From a virus (taxonomy: Duplodnaviria > Caudoviricetes): a DNA stretch of 64,000 bases. The stretch spans positions 341 through 64,340 of the IMG/VR virus record IMGVR_UViG_3300048086_000017; one strand, 5' to 3'. Shown one piece after another: positions 1 to 7,185 of this stretch; the first letter of the stretch is position 1; the number at the start of each line of letters is the position of its first letter. A program made the position numbers and the translations under genes. The notes under the pieces are model-generated. The model was not told the DNA's origin. It was given only the letters and a program-made list of their open reading frames with translations, and did not search any database.

Positions 1-91
1 GGCACTGGGCAATGCAATAGTCGTTCCTTGTGTGGAATACATTGCAAGAGGCATCGTTGCCTATGAGCAAGAGATGGGAGGCGCGGCATGA
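1..91 (+). CDS. C-terminal fragment of C5 DNA cytosine methyltransferase (5' truncated by window)
   Basis: Frame from nt 2 reads ALGNAIVVPCVEYIARGIVAYEQEMGGAA*. GNAIV is the motif X signature; the stop overlaps the ATG at 88 (ATGA). Confidence 0.75.
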   Translation, partial: ALGNAIVVPCVEYIARGIVAYEQEMGGAA

Positions 92-1563
92 GCAATCAGA
101 GTATCATTGAACATAAAGCCAATATGTACTACGTAGAGTTCAGAGAAGACTACCTAATGCTCTGCATGGGATGCGCCTATAAGAAACCCACGAAAGAAGG
201 GCAGAAGAGTAAAGCGTCTCCTTACTGTAAATCGCTCATTTTGGCTATTCTTGAGGGATGGACGAATGACAAGCGAGGAAGAGGCGAAGACCTTTCTATC
301 TTCATGAGCTACCCTCAGTGGGTCAAGTCGATGTATGGCATGTTTGGGCGCTGTACGATCATTGACAGCGTCGATGAACTGATAGGGGAAGGGCTGCTGA
401 GTAGAGAGCCATATCGCCTATACGGGCGTGATACCTTCAAATATTGCCTCAAGTATCAGGAGATTAACCGCAGACTGAAATCTCTCCCAGAGCGTCATCC
501 AAACGAGAAGGAACCTCAAGTAGAGATAATAGGAGATGACCCGTCTACTAGTAAACCCCACCAGTCTATTAATAGACCTGACCCGTCTACTTTTAGACGG
601 GTAGCATCTACTAGTAAACCCGTTACCGATCTATTAATAGACGGGTACCCGTCTAAAAGTAGACGCAACATAGAATCTACTAAGCATCTTTCCATAGAAA
701 CAGCTAAAGAGGATACGGATGTTGCCTCCACATTTTCGCAATCCGACAGTGACGATGCTGCGCATCCGTCGCCCCCTCTCTCTCTTGAAGAAAAACTTCC
801 CTTCACTGAGGAAAACGCCACCGACCCTGTACAGGATGCACCCCCCTTCTCTGCAAACGCATCCACAGAGAAAGAAGCTGCCCCTAATGAGATGCCATCT
901 CAACAGACAGCAAGTAACCAGTTATCCACAAAGCAAGCAAACCATGTGGATAACCCCGTTGCTGGCGGTGGGAAGTCGCCCGACCCTGTGGGGGCAAGCA
1001 AGGAGGCATCGTATAGCCAACCGGCGTTATTGGTGCCTGAGAAGCCAGCGAAAGATACGGACAACAAGAAACCAGAAAAGCCAATCCAGATTAAGCCCGC
1101 GATGCCCGCCCCTACAGCCTTATGGCCCTCAGCAGAGACGGCAGTGCAAATTGTTGAGGCGAAGAAGGGGAGGCGCTATAGCGACACGACGCGCACGCAA
1201 GAACTGACTGAGGCAAAGAAGGTTCTGAAGATGGAGTATGACGATGGCCTGCTCACCAGAAGACACTTTGAAGATGCCTGGGATGAGATGGTGTCCTGGG
1301 CTTTCTGGAAAGAGAAGGGTGTCAAGCCCCTCATACGCTTCTTGCGCAAGGATGACAAGATCATCACCATTCTTGACGATTTGGGCAAGAAGTCAGGCAG
1401 ACGTGCGCCCCCATCAGCTTGTGACAATGCCGATGAAATAACCAGCAAGCGGGAATTGACCGCCGATCAACAAGAAAAATTGAGAGATGCCAGTGCTTTA
1501 CTGGCAAGAATGAGTGCAGCGAAAGGAACACCCGATCATGGGCGAATTGCAGCCGCTAAGTAA
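88..1563 (+). CDS. Phage replication initiator (replisome organizer, lambda O-like role)
   Basis: N-terminal winged-helix-like region, internal iteron array at 543-665, low-complexity linker; directly upstream of a DnaC-like ATPase. Confidence 0.75.
   Translation: MSNQSIIEHKANMYYVEFREDYLMLCMGCAYKKPTKEGQKSKASPYCKSLILAILEGWTNDKRGRGEDLSIFMSYPQWVKSMYGMFGRCTIIDSVDELIGEGLLSREPYRLYGRDTFKYCLKYQEINRRLKSLPERHPNEKEPQVEIIGDDPSTSKPHQSINRPDPSTFRRVASTSKPVTDLLIDGYPSKSRRNIESTKHLSIETAKEDTDVASTFSQSDSDDAAHPSPPLSLEEKLPFTEENATDPVQDAPPFSANASTEKEAAPNEMPSQQTASNQLSTKQANHVDNPVAGGGKSPDPVGASKEASYSQPALLVPEKPAKDTDNKKPEKPIQIKPAMPAPTALWPSAETAVQIVEAKKGRRYSDTTRTQELTEAKKVLKMEYDDGLLTRRHFEDAWDEMVSWAFWKEKGVKPLIRFLRKDDKIITILDDLGKKSGRRAPPSACDNADEITSKRELTADQQEKLRDASALLARMSAAKGTPDHGRIAAAK
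543..665. repeat. Iteron array / probable replication origin inside initiator gene
   Basis: Six TCTA-N4-TA(G/A)A quasi-palindromes starting at 544, 565, 586, 607, 630, 652 (21-23 bp period), e.g. TCTATTAATAGA twice and CCGTCTACTTTTAGACGG. Confidence 0.75.
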
Positions 1564-2464
1564 CATCTCCAGATTGCCAATTGTCCGCAAGCAGCGGGGA
1601 ACGCCTCAACATGTGAAGGGGCGAAAGTACACCCCAATCCGTCTCTCGGATGCCTTTTTCCTCACCCTTGGGGGAAAGCCCACGCGGGAAGAAGCTTTGT
1701 GGGTATGCGAGCACTGTGGCCCTATCGAGCCAAAGGAGTATGCCAATGGTTACACCCCTGGCAAGTGTGAGTGCCACATAGAACAGTTAGAACAGTACAG
1801 AGCGCAGCAGGCGCGGCAATTCCAAATCAGCCAGGAGCAGTCCATGCGTGCGCAAAGATGCGGGAACTGTTATACCTGGCTTGGGTCTGACCTCTCATCG
1901 GGGGTTATTCACACGCTCGAAAGTTATACGTTTGAGAGCTATGTTCACCCTGAATTGCAGCCTGAAGGGTTCTATGCCGCGTTGCACTTTGCCAATAATC
2001 CCTATGGCAATCTGGTTCTTTGCGGGAAGACCGCAGGCACCGGTAAAACCCACTTGGGAGCGGCAATTGTCAACTACCTGCTTGCTCAGAACATCCCCTG
2101 CTTGTGGGCAAAAGCGCAGGATGTGTTTACGGCCTTTGCAAACCGTATGGATGACCACAAAGGGTATACCGATCTGCTCATACAAGCAGGCTCGTATGAT
2201 GTCATGGTGCTTGACGATCTCGATAAGGTGCATGTCAGTCAGTTTAAGCACAACATCTTTTTTGACATTCTGGATAAACGCTATATGCGCCACTTGCCAA
2301 CCGTGATAACGACCAATGTGCACGTCGAGATGACAAGAACTGAGCTTGTCGGGATCTCTGCCTACGTTGGCGAATATGCCGCGTCGAGACTGGCCGCGCA
2401 GGATAACGGGGGGATTACCATTGTCGAGATGAATGGAGAGGATTACAGGAGACGAACATGCTAA
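1538..2464 (+). CDS. DnaC/IstB-like helicase loader ATPase
   Basis: Walker A GKTAGTGKT, Walker B VMVLDDLD, ITTN, terminal GEDYRR; N-terminal CxxC...CxC zinc motif; RBS GAAAGGA before 1538. Confidence 0.88.
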   Translation: MGELQPLSNISRLPIVRKQRGTPQHVKGRKYTPIRLSDAFFLTLGGKPTREEALWVCEHCGPIEPKEYANGYTPGKCECHIEQLEQYRAQQARQFQISQEQSMRAQRCGNCYTWLGSDLSSGVIHTLESYTFESYVHPELQPEGFYAALHFANNPYGNLVLCGKTAGTGKTHLGAAIVNYLLAQNIPCLWAKAQDVFTAFANRMDDHKGYTDLLIQAGSYDVMVLDDLDKVHVSQFKHNIFFDILDKRYMRHLPTVITTNVHVEMTRTELVGISAYVGEYAASRLAAQDNGGITIVEMNGEDYRRRTC

Positions 2465-2793
2465 AAACGCAACGAGTCCAGGGACAAGACAACTACTTCC
2501 CCAAAACACAATGCTCCGCTTTGCTCGATAGCGGGCGGCCATGCGGGAAGAAAATGGACAAGTCCGACGCATTCAGGGATGTGCTTGGCTTCTACTGGTG
2601 TCCAGTACATCAGGATCGGGGATGGCTGCTCAATTGGGCGGCTGCCCATAACTATCCTAAAATCCGCTGTGGGCGCTTTGCGATAGGCAATGGCCAACAC
2701 GCGGAATGCTGGACAATTCCCATGCTGATTGGGCATGAGGAGATGATACAAGAGGCAATGAAAGAGTTACGCCCTAATGAGGAGGTTGCATAA
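2458..2793 (+). CDS. Hypothetical protein (Cys/His motif)
   Basis: Overlaps upstream stop; co-directional with replication operon. Confidence 0.6.
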   Translation: MLKTQRVQGQDNYFPKTQCSALLDSGRPCGKKMDKSDAFRDVLGFYWCPVHQDRGWLLNWAAAHNYPKIRCGRFAIGNGQHAECWTIPMLIGHEEMIQEAMKELRPNEEVA

Positions 2794-2794
2794 C

Positions 2795-3205
2795 ATGAAC
2801 ACGCGCGAACTGCTGTCAAGCTATTGGAGCCTTGACGCGCTTCAGGCAAGTCTGGTGAAGGATGCCTATAGCCCGAAATCACTGTTTGAGAAGCTGGATC
2901 GCAGCACGTTGACGTTTACCCTTGCGAGACCAGGGGAGGAAGACATTGACGTGACCAATCTTGACGATCTCATTCTCCAGATGGTGAGCATTCTTGAGCC
3001 TAACGACTGGTGTCGTGTGCTGGTCTACAACAACGATCATTTTCTTGGGTATGCTGTCATCGTCGGATATAGCAGGGGCTATCGCTCAGAAGAAGAGGAT
3101 GAGTTGTTTGATGTAGAAGAATACGGGGAAGATTATGCGGTTGAGGGGCTGTCCGCGTGCATCAATGAGCGGTGGCGGATGCAGCGCAAGGGGGACAGCG
3201 AATAG
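2795..3205 (+). CDS. Hypothetical acidic protein
   Basis: RBS GAGGAGG before ATG at 2795. Confidence 0.65.
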   Translation: MNTRELLSSYWSLDALQASLVKDAYSPKSLFEKLDRSTLTFTLARPGEEDIDVTNLDDLILQMVSILEPNDWCRVLVYNNDHFLGYAVIVGYSRGYRSEEEDELFDVEEYGEDYAVEGLSACINERWRMQRKGDSE

Positions 3206-3348
3206 TCCCAAATCATTGCAAGCCCGCGCTCATCCTGCTATGATGCAAGTGGCGAGCGATATAAACCATGCGTTTCTACCATCAAAAGCAAGAAGGCGTC
3301 TGCTGTTCAGGCGCTTTTTTGTTGCCCTGTTGGGTTACAATGGACGGT

Positions 3349-3501
3349 ATGAAGACACACCTTGCAAAATGCCCGCGTTGCCGGAAGTTCTATCGCGGCT
3401 GGCCTGCTCTCTCGCGGGTAGACAACAAAACAAAGATCTGCCCCGCGTGTGGCGTCGAAGAGGCTCGAATAGGGCTTGTTCGCCCACCAGCAACAAAATG
3501 A
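3349..3501 (+). CDS. Small zinc-finger-like protein
   Basis: MKTHLAKCPRCRKFYRGWPALSRVDNKTKICPACGVEEA, two CxxC pairs. Confidence 0.6.
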   Translation: MKTHLAKCPRCRKFYRGWPALSRVDNKTKICPACGVEEARIGLVRPPATK

Positions 3502-3528
3502 GCGGCAAGGTTGCTCGCCTTGCCGCTC
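3500..3528. terminator. Hairpin ending the rightward replication operon
   Basis: GAGCGGCAAGG / CCTTGCCGCTC 11-bp stem. Confidence 0.5.
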
Positions 3529-3753
3529 TGCTATCTCCAGTGCCACGCTACAAGATACTGGGTCTCCCTTGCGGGGGATCGATAGCGCGTTGTGGTTCGT
3601 GTGTATGCCAACAAGGGCATCAGTGTGTTGGGTGACGCGCTTATGTAATGTGACGCGAGAGAAGCGAAAAAGTAAATGATTTTGATTTCCCCCTCAGATG
3701 CACGTCTCACCGGTGCAGGCCCGCCGTCCTATGCCATAGCACGACGGGGCTGC

Positions 3754-4026
3754 TTACTTTTCCTCAAAACAGGCTCGCAACCCCTCTAGCATGGGCATCT
3801 CTTCACGGGTGAGTAGCCCTTTCTCATCCATCCATGAAAGATGAGCATAGGCGTCACGTGCCGCTTTTACTATCTTATCCACTTCTGCGTAAAACATGCC
3901 GCTATGGCTCAACAAATCAGGATCGATGGTTATACCGCAACGGGCAACCATTTGATGCAAGGCGATCTCAGCATCACGGCGTAGTTCGGCGTAGGTATGG
4001 GTATGGTCGGCGGGATTGTCACTCAT
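3754..4026 (-). CDS. Hypothetical protein
   Basis: ORF track; ATGA-type overlap with upstream gene. Confidence 0.65.
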   Translation of the reverse strand: MSDNPADHTHTYAELRRDAEIALHQMVARCGITIDPDLLSHSGMFYAEVDKIVKAARDAYAHLSWMDEKGLLTREEMPMLEGLRACFEEK

Positions 4027-4208
4027 GGTTTGCCTCTCTTCATTCTCTTTGCTATCTTGCTTACCTGTTTTCTTTGGTCCTCGCTCATGAGCTTTGTCAT
4101 GATTTCCGCATAGACCAGTGGATACCAGATAGCAGGCTCCCAGAGTAGGGATGTGCTAGTGGTTGCTCGCTGTCTGAGGGCATCCACAATGTAAAGGGTC
4201 TTCATCAC
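4023..4208 (-). CDS. Hypothetical protein
   Basis: ORF track; overlaps both neighbours; start uncertain. Confidence 0.5.
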   Translation of the reverse strand: MMKTLYIVDALRQRATTSTSLLWEPAIWYPLVYAEIMTKLMSEDQRKQVSKIAKRMKRGKP

Positions 4209-4855
4209 TTCCCTCTCCTCTTGCTATGCGCAATATGCCACGAAATAAACGACTTTTGCTGTTCAGGTGTGAAATACCGTTCCATCTCGCCTAACCCCTC
4301 GCGCCCTGGCTTGGGAACCGCAATGTGCTCAATCTGCTTCTTGCCGTCCCGACAATGCCCAACGAGCGTCGTGCGATCAATATGTAATCTATCAGCGAAT
4401 TGGGGCAGCGTCAACGTCCCCGGTGGAAAATCGTCGGGGGATGACCCCACATCAGAAACGTTAAGTAACTCGTGTTGCGAAGGTGCTGGCGGTGTCTGTG
4501 TAGATAAAGTGGTATCTTTGGGGGTCGGTAAAATCTCGACCCTTCCAGGGGCCTCTACGGGCATTTGTGCTTTTTGGCTAGACACGGTGTCCAGAAGTTG
4601 CTGCATACTCATAAGGGTTGTTTGCATACTGGCTAACTGGAGCTCTATCTGGTCAACGCGTCTAGCCAACGTCATATCTATCTGCGCGGGTGGTTGCTTT
4701 GCAAGGGCTTCTACGCTGGCCCTGGTGATGAAATATTGCCTGCCTACTATGGCTGCGTCAAGCATGCCCGCATGGATGTAGCGGCGTACTTGCTTCTCGC
4801 TTTTATGCAGGATATCACAGGCTTCTCGAATGGTCACGGCGTCCATCATGTACAT
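4205..4855 (-). CDS. Excisionase-like (HTH_17/MerR-type) DNA-binding protein, possibly with a second C-terminal HTH
   Basis: VTIREACDILHKSEKQVRRYIHAGMLDAAIVGRQYFI; coiled coil; LTLPQFADRLHIDRTTLVGH; RBS GGGGAGGA before 4855. Confidence 0.75.
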   Translation of the reverse strand: MYMMDAVTIREACDILHKSEKQVRRYIHAGMLDAAIVGRQYFITRASVEALAKQPPAQIDMTLARRVDQIELQLASMQTTLMSMQQLLDTVSSQKAQMPVEAPGRVEILPTPKDTTLSTQTPPAPSQHELLNVSDVGSSPDDFPPGTLTLPQFADRLHIDRTTLVGHCRDGKKQIEHIAVPKPGREGLGEMERYFTPEQQKSFISWHIAHSKRRGK

Positions 4856-4885
4856 GATCTTCCTCCCCATACTGTCTACCCTCAG

Positions 4886-4943
4886 AGTTTAGACATGTCT
4901 AGCCTGCGAGTCAATTGACAGGCGTTCCAATCTGCGCTATCAT
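4886..4943. promoter_or_regulatory. Back-to-back sigma70-type promoters with palindromic operator
   Basis: Rightward TTGACA(4915-4920)-17-TATCAT(4938-4943); leftward TTGACT(4914-4909)-17-TAAACT(4891-4886); palindrome TAGACATGTCTA at 4890-4901. Confidence 0.7.
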
Positions 4944-4949
4944 GGGGAT

Positions 4950-5013
4950 GCCCGTCTGGGATTGAAACGTATCTGCTGCGATCCAAGTGAACATCGCCGC
5001 CCGTCTGGGATTG
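4950..5013 (+). CRISPR. Degenerate two-repeat mini-array / crRNA-like RNA (no cas genes in window)
   Basis: GCCCGTCTGGGATTGAAAC (4950-4968) and GCCCGTCTGGGATTG (4999-5013) separated by 30 nt. The CCC-GTCT-GGG hairpin plus ATTGAAAC handle is typical of Cas6-processed class 1 repeats. Confidence 0.7.
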
Positions 5014-5024
5014 CGCACAAGAAG

Positions 5025-5053
5025 AAAGCCGCTGGAGATCTCCAGCGGCTTTT
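5025..5053. terminator. Bidirectional intrinsic terminator
   Basis: Perfect 28-bp palindrome AAAGCCGCTGGAGATCTCCAGCGGCTTT followed by T. Confidence 0.8.
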
Positions 5054-5246
5054 GTCAATCAGTCCCTTTTTGCTTGTCACTAGAGAGACGGGAAAAGAGA
5101 CACATCATAAAATTTAGCTTTTTCTCTCTCAATCGTCTAAGGCAAATAAGAGCAGTTGCATCGATACTCTCTCCTCATGACGGCGATGCACAGGGGCATG
5201 CGGCACAATGCCCCCTCTTTTTTGCCACTCCAGAAAAAACGGCAAC

Positions 5247-5361
5247 AAAAAAGCCCCACCAATTGCGCGGAGGGCTTCTTTGCAGCGTCCCTTATCGAAG
5301 GGAGCCTACATACACTGCAACATGGGCAGAGGTGAAAGGACATCCCCAACACCTCTGCTTA
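5247..5361 (-). ncRNA. Putative ~115-nt three-hairpin small RNA
   Basis: Upstream TTGACA(5396-5391)-18-TAGGGT(5372-5367); stems GCAGAGGTG/CACCTCTGC and TGCAG..TCCCTT/AAGGGA..CTGCA; terminator with U6. Confidence 0.5.
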
Positions 5362-5458
5362 GCTACACCCTACACAAGACAAGCAGGCTTTGTCAACCCG
5401 TACGGGGAACTGCGTCATGACATCTCAGGATTGATGGATGTAGGAACGTGTTCTGAGG

Positions 5459-5695
5459 CTATCCCCATGGGTTTTTCCCGTACACTCCAGACGGTCTGCA
5501 ATCGTCAAGTGAGGACAGATCACCGTCGCCACGATCATATTTCACCAGATGGATGAGACAGTTATAGCAGACCCACGCCTCCCCGTTCCATCTCCAAATG
5601 GGTGTACGGCAGGCTGAACACTTGTCGGGCTTGCCACGTGTCGGGGTGCCAATGTTGCAAGGGATGTCTTTCGCCCAATCTGGTCCTACTGCCAT
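5459..5695 (-). CDS. Small zinc-ribbon-like hypothetical protein
   Basis: CSAC...CYNC pairs; abuts upstream gene. Confidence 0.55.
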   Translation of the reverse strand: MAVGPDWAKDIPCNIGTPTRGKPDKCSACRTPIWRWNGEAWVCYNCLIHLVKYDRGDGDLSSLDDCRPSGVYGKNPWG

Positions 5696-5932
5696 TTATG
5701 CCCCCTTGTATGCTTGCCAAAATGCACGGCGTCCTGATTGCACATATTTCTTGATGCTTTGCAGGCTATGCCCCGCAATGGCGGCTATCTCTTTGCACTG
5801 CATCCCTTCGTAGTCACGTGCGATGAGGATGGCACGCTGTCTAGTAGTGAGATGAGCAAGTGCCTGATAGAACTTGAGACGATCCATGTGGTGAACGTCT
5901 ATCCGCTCTGCTCCTTTTGCCGTTGGGAACAC
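5696..5932 (-). CDS. Stand-alone sigma70 region 4-like HTH protein
   Basis: LAHLTTRQRAILIARDYEGMQCKEIAAIAGHSLQSIKKYVQSGRR; strong RBS GAGGAGG. Confidence 0.8.
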   Translation of the reverse strand: MFPTAKGAERIDVHHMDRLKFYQALAHLTTRQRAILIARDYEGMQCKEIAAIAGHSLQSIKKYVQSGRRAFWQAYKGA

Positions 5933-6093
5933 TATAGCACCTCCTCCTCTTCTGTCTCCTCAAGATGACAAGGGCATGTCGGGTCATCACAATACGGGTG
6001 GTCGTCAGTGTGAATTGGTTCGTCCTCATCACAGATTTCAACGGGTAACGGCGTGGTACTGGGGTAGAAGTCTGGGAAGTAGAGTCCGCTCAT
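5932..6093 (-). CDS. 53-aa acidic Cys/His protein (not in ORF track)
   Basis: Own translation: MSGLYFPDFYPSTTPLPVEICDEDEPIHTDDHPYCDDPTCPCHLEETEEEEVL*; ATGA overlap upstream, stop overlaps next GTG. Confidence 0.65.
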   Translation of the reverse strand: MSGLYFPDFYPSTTPLPVEICDEDEPIHTDDHPYCDDPTCPCHLEETEEEEVL

Positions 6094-6269
6094 GCATCTT
6101 CCTCCTCTTCCAACAGGTGAGCCAACTGCTCACGGGTTGTTCTCTCACGTGCAAAACGCTCGCAATACGACGCCGCTTGCTCAATCTCTTCACGCATAGC
6201 ATCGATCAGGGTACGGGCCTGCTCAGGGGTGATCACTTCAATCGTGCTGGTGGTCGGTAGGGTATTCAT
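6090..6269 (-). CDS. Hypothetical small protein
   Basis: ORF track frame; likely start MNTL at 6269. Confidence 0.6.
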   Translation of the reverse strand: MNTLPTTSTIEVITPEQARTLIDAMREEIEQAASYCERFARERTTREQLAHLLEEEEDA

Positions 6270-6389
6270 GGTAAACTCTTTCTGATGCTTCTTCAAAGGG
6301 CATCACCTTCTATCGCGGAGGGCCAGCGGTTAACGAGGCTACTGGCCCTCTTTTTGTTGGCTACAGGGACGCGCTACGTTATCATGTCG

Positions 6390-6596
6390 CTACAGGGATT
6401 GATAGGTAATAGTAATTGTGAAGGTATGCCACATCAGGGTTTCACTGATGAGAGCGGTATGCGTGACGGTGGTACTGAGCCAGTATTCCTTGGTGATCTT
6501 TTCCGCTTCTAACCATTCGTTCATTTCGTACTCTGAGATGTCGGCTGCTACTTGTGCTGATGTCTCAGTGTTTGCAAAGGTGATGGTTCGGATCAT
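6390..6596 (-). CDS. Hypothetical small protein
   Basis: ORF track frame; start MIRT after purine-rich RBS. Confidence 0.6.
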   Translation of the reverse strand: MIRTITFANTETSAQVAADISEYEMNEWLEAEKITKEYWLSTTVTHTALISETLMWHTFTITITYQSL

Positions 6597-6610
6597 TGTT
6601 TTCTCTCTTT

Positions 6611-6844
6611 CTACTCTCGATCCATGGCCCGCACAGATCGATCCAACTCCCAAACCTCTTTGTCTGTCCTCTCCAGATTATTGAAGAGGTCATTCACGCG
6701 GCGACTCAAGACGTTGATGGCCAGCAACGCCTCTTTCCAATCAGCCACGGTGATAGCTGCGGGTGTCTCGCTGTCTCCTGGCTTGACTTCGTAGAGTGAG
6801 GTGTCAGGATCGACGTTCAGCAGTTCGTTCAGGTCTACTCTCAT
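6611..6844 (-). CDS. Hypothetical coiled-coil protein
   Basis: RBS AAGGAG; ORF track. Confidence 0.65.
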   Translation of the reverse strand: MRVDLNELLNVDPDTSLYEVKPGDSETPAAITVADWKEALLAINVLSRRVNDLFNNLERTDKEVWELDRSVRAMDRE

Positions 6845-6924
6845 TGGGTTTCTCCTTTCAAAAGTGCCATTTCTGAGCAGAAAAGTATCAACCCCCCTGC
6901 TCAGTTGCTTACAAATGGTGAGTG

Positions 6925-7137
6925 CTACTCATCTTCAAGAAATTCCGTGTTGACCCAAGCGGGCGGGCTAAAGGGATTATTCCACTTCACATAGACCTCC
7001 AATACCTCATCATCCTCATCGCCGTCGTAGCCGCTCTCATCCTCTGGCAACAGCATCACTTTGCCGTGCTTCCCGGCATATGGGTCGATACCAGACCCGT
7101 CGCCTACATACTGAACTTTTTGGCCTCTTTGCATCAT
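6925..7137 (-). CDS. Hypothetical acidic protein (SH3/KOW-like pattern)
   Basis: GQKVQYVG...GKHGKV...VYVKW pattern; acidic. Confidence 0.6.
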   Translation of the reverse strand: MMQRGQKVQYVGDGSGIDPYAGKHGKVMLLPEDESGYDGDEDDEVLEVYVKWNNPFSPPAWVNTEFLEDE

Positions 7138-7185
7138 GGTGTCCTTTGTGATGTTCTAAAAAGAGAAGAGAGGGCAAGCGTGCGA

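Noticed and set aside
2895-2906. 12-nt complement (TGGATCGCAGCA) of part of the crRNA-like spacer (4974-4985), suggesting self-targeting
   Set aside because: The spacer 5' seed (GTATC) does not match, and a 12-mer hit is plausible by chance in 64 kb on two strands.
3530-3753. Non-coding stretch with several hairpins
   Set aside because: It lies where two operons converge, so terminators explain it; no promoter or distinctive fold seen.
5370-5410. GTCAAC...GGCTT-like words recalling IscB omega/HEARO RNA
   Set aside because: No IscB/TnpB ORF or IS200/605 ends nearby; the words are explained by a TTGACA promoter box.
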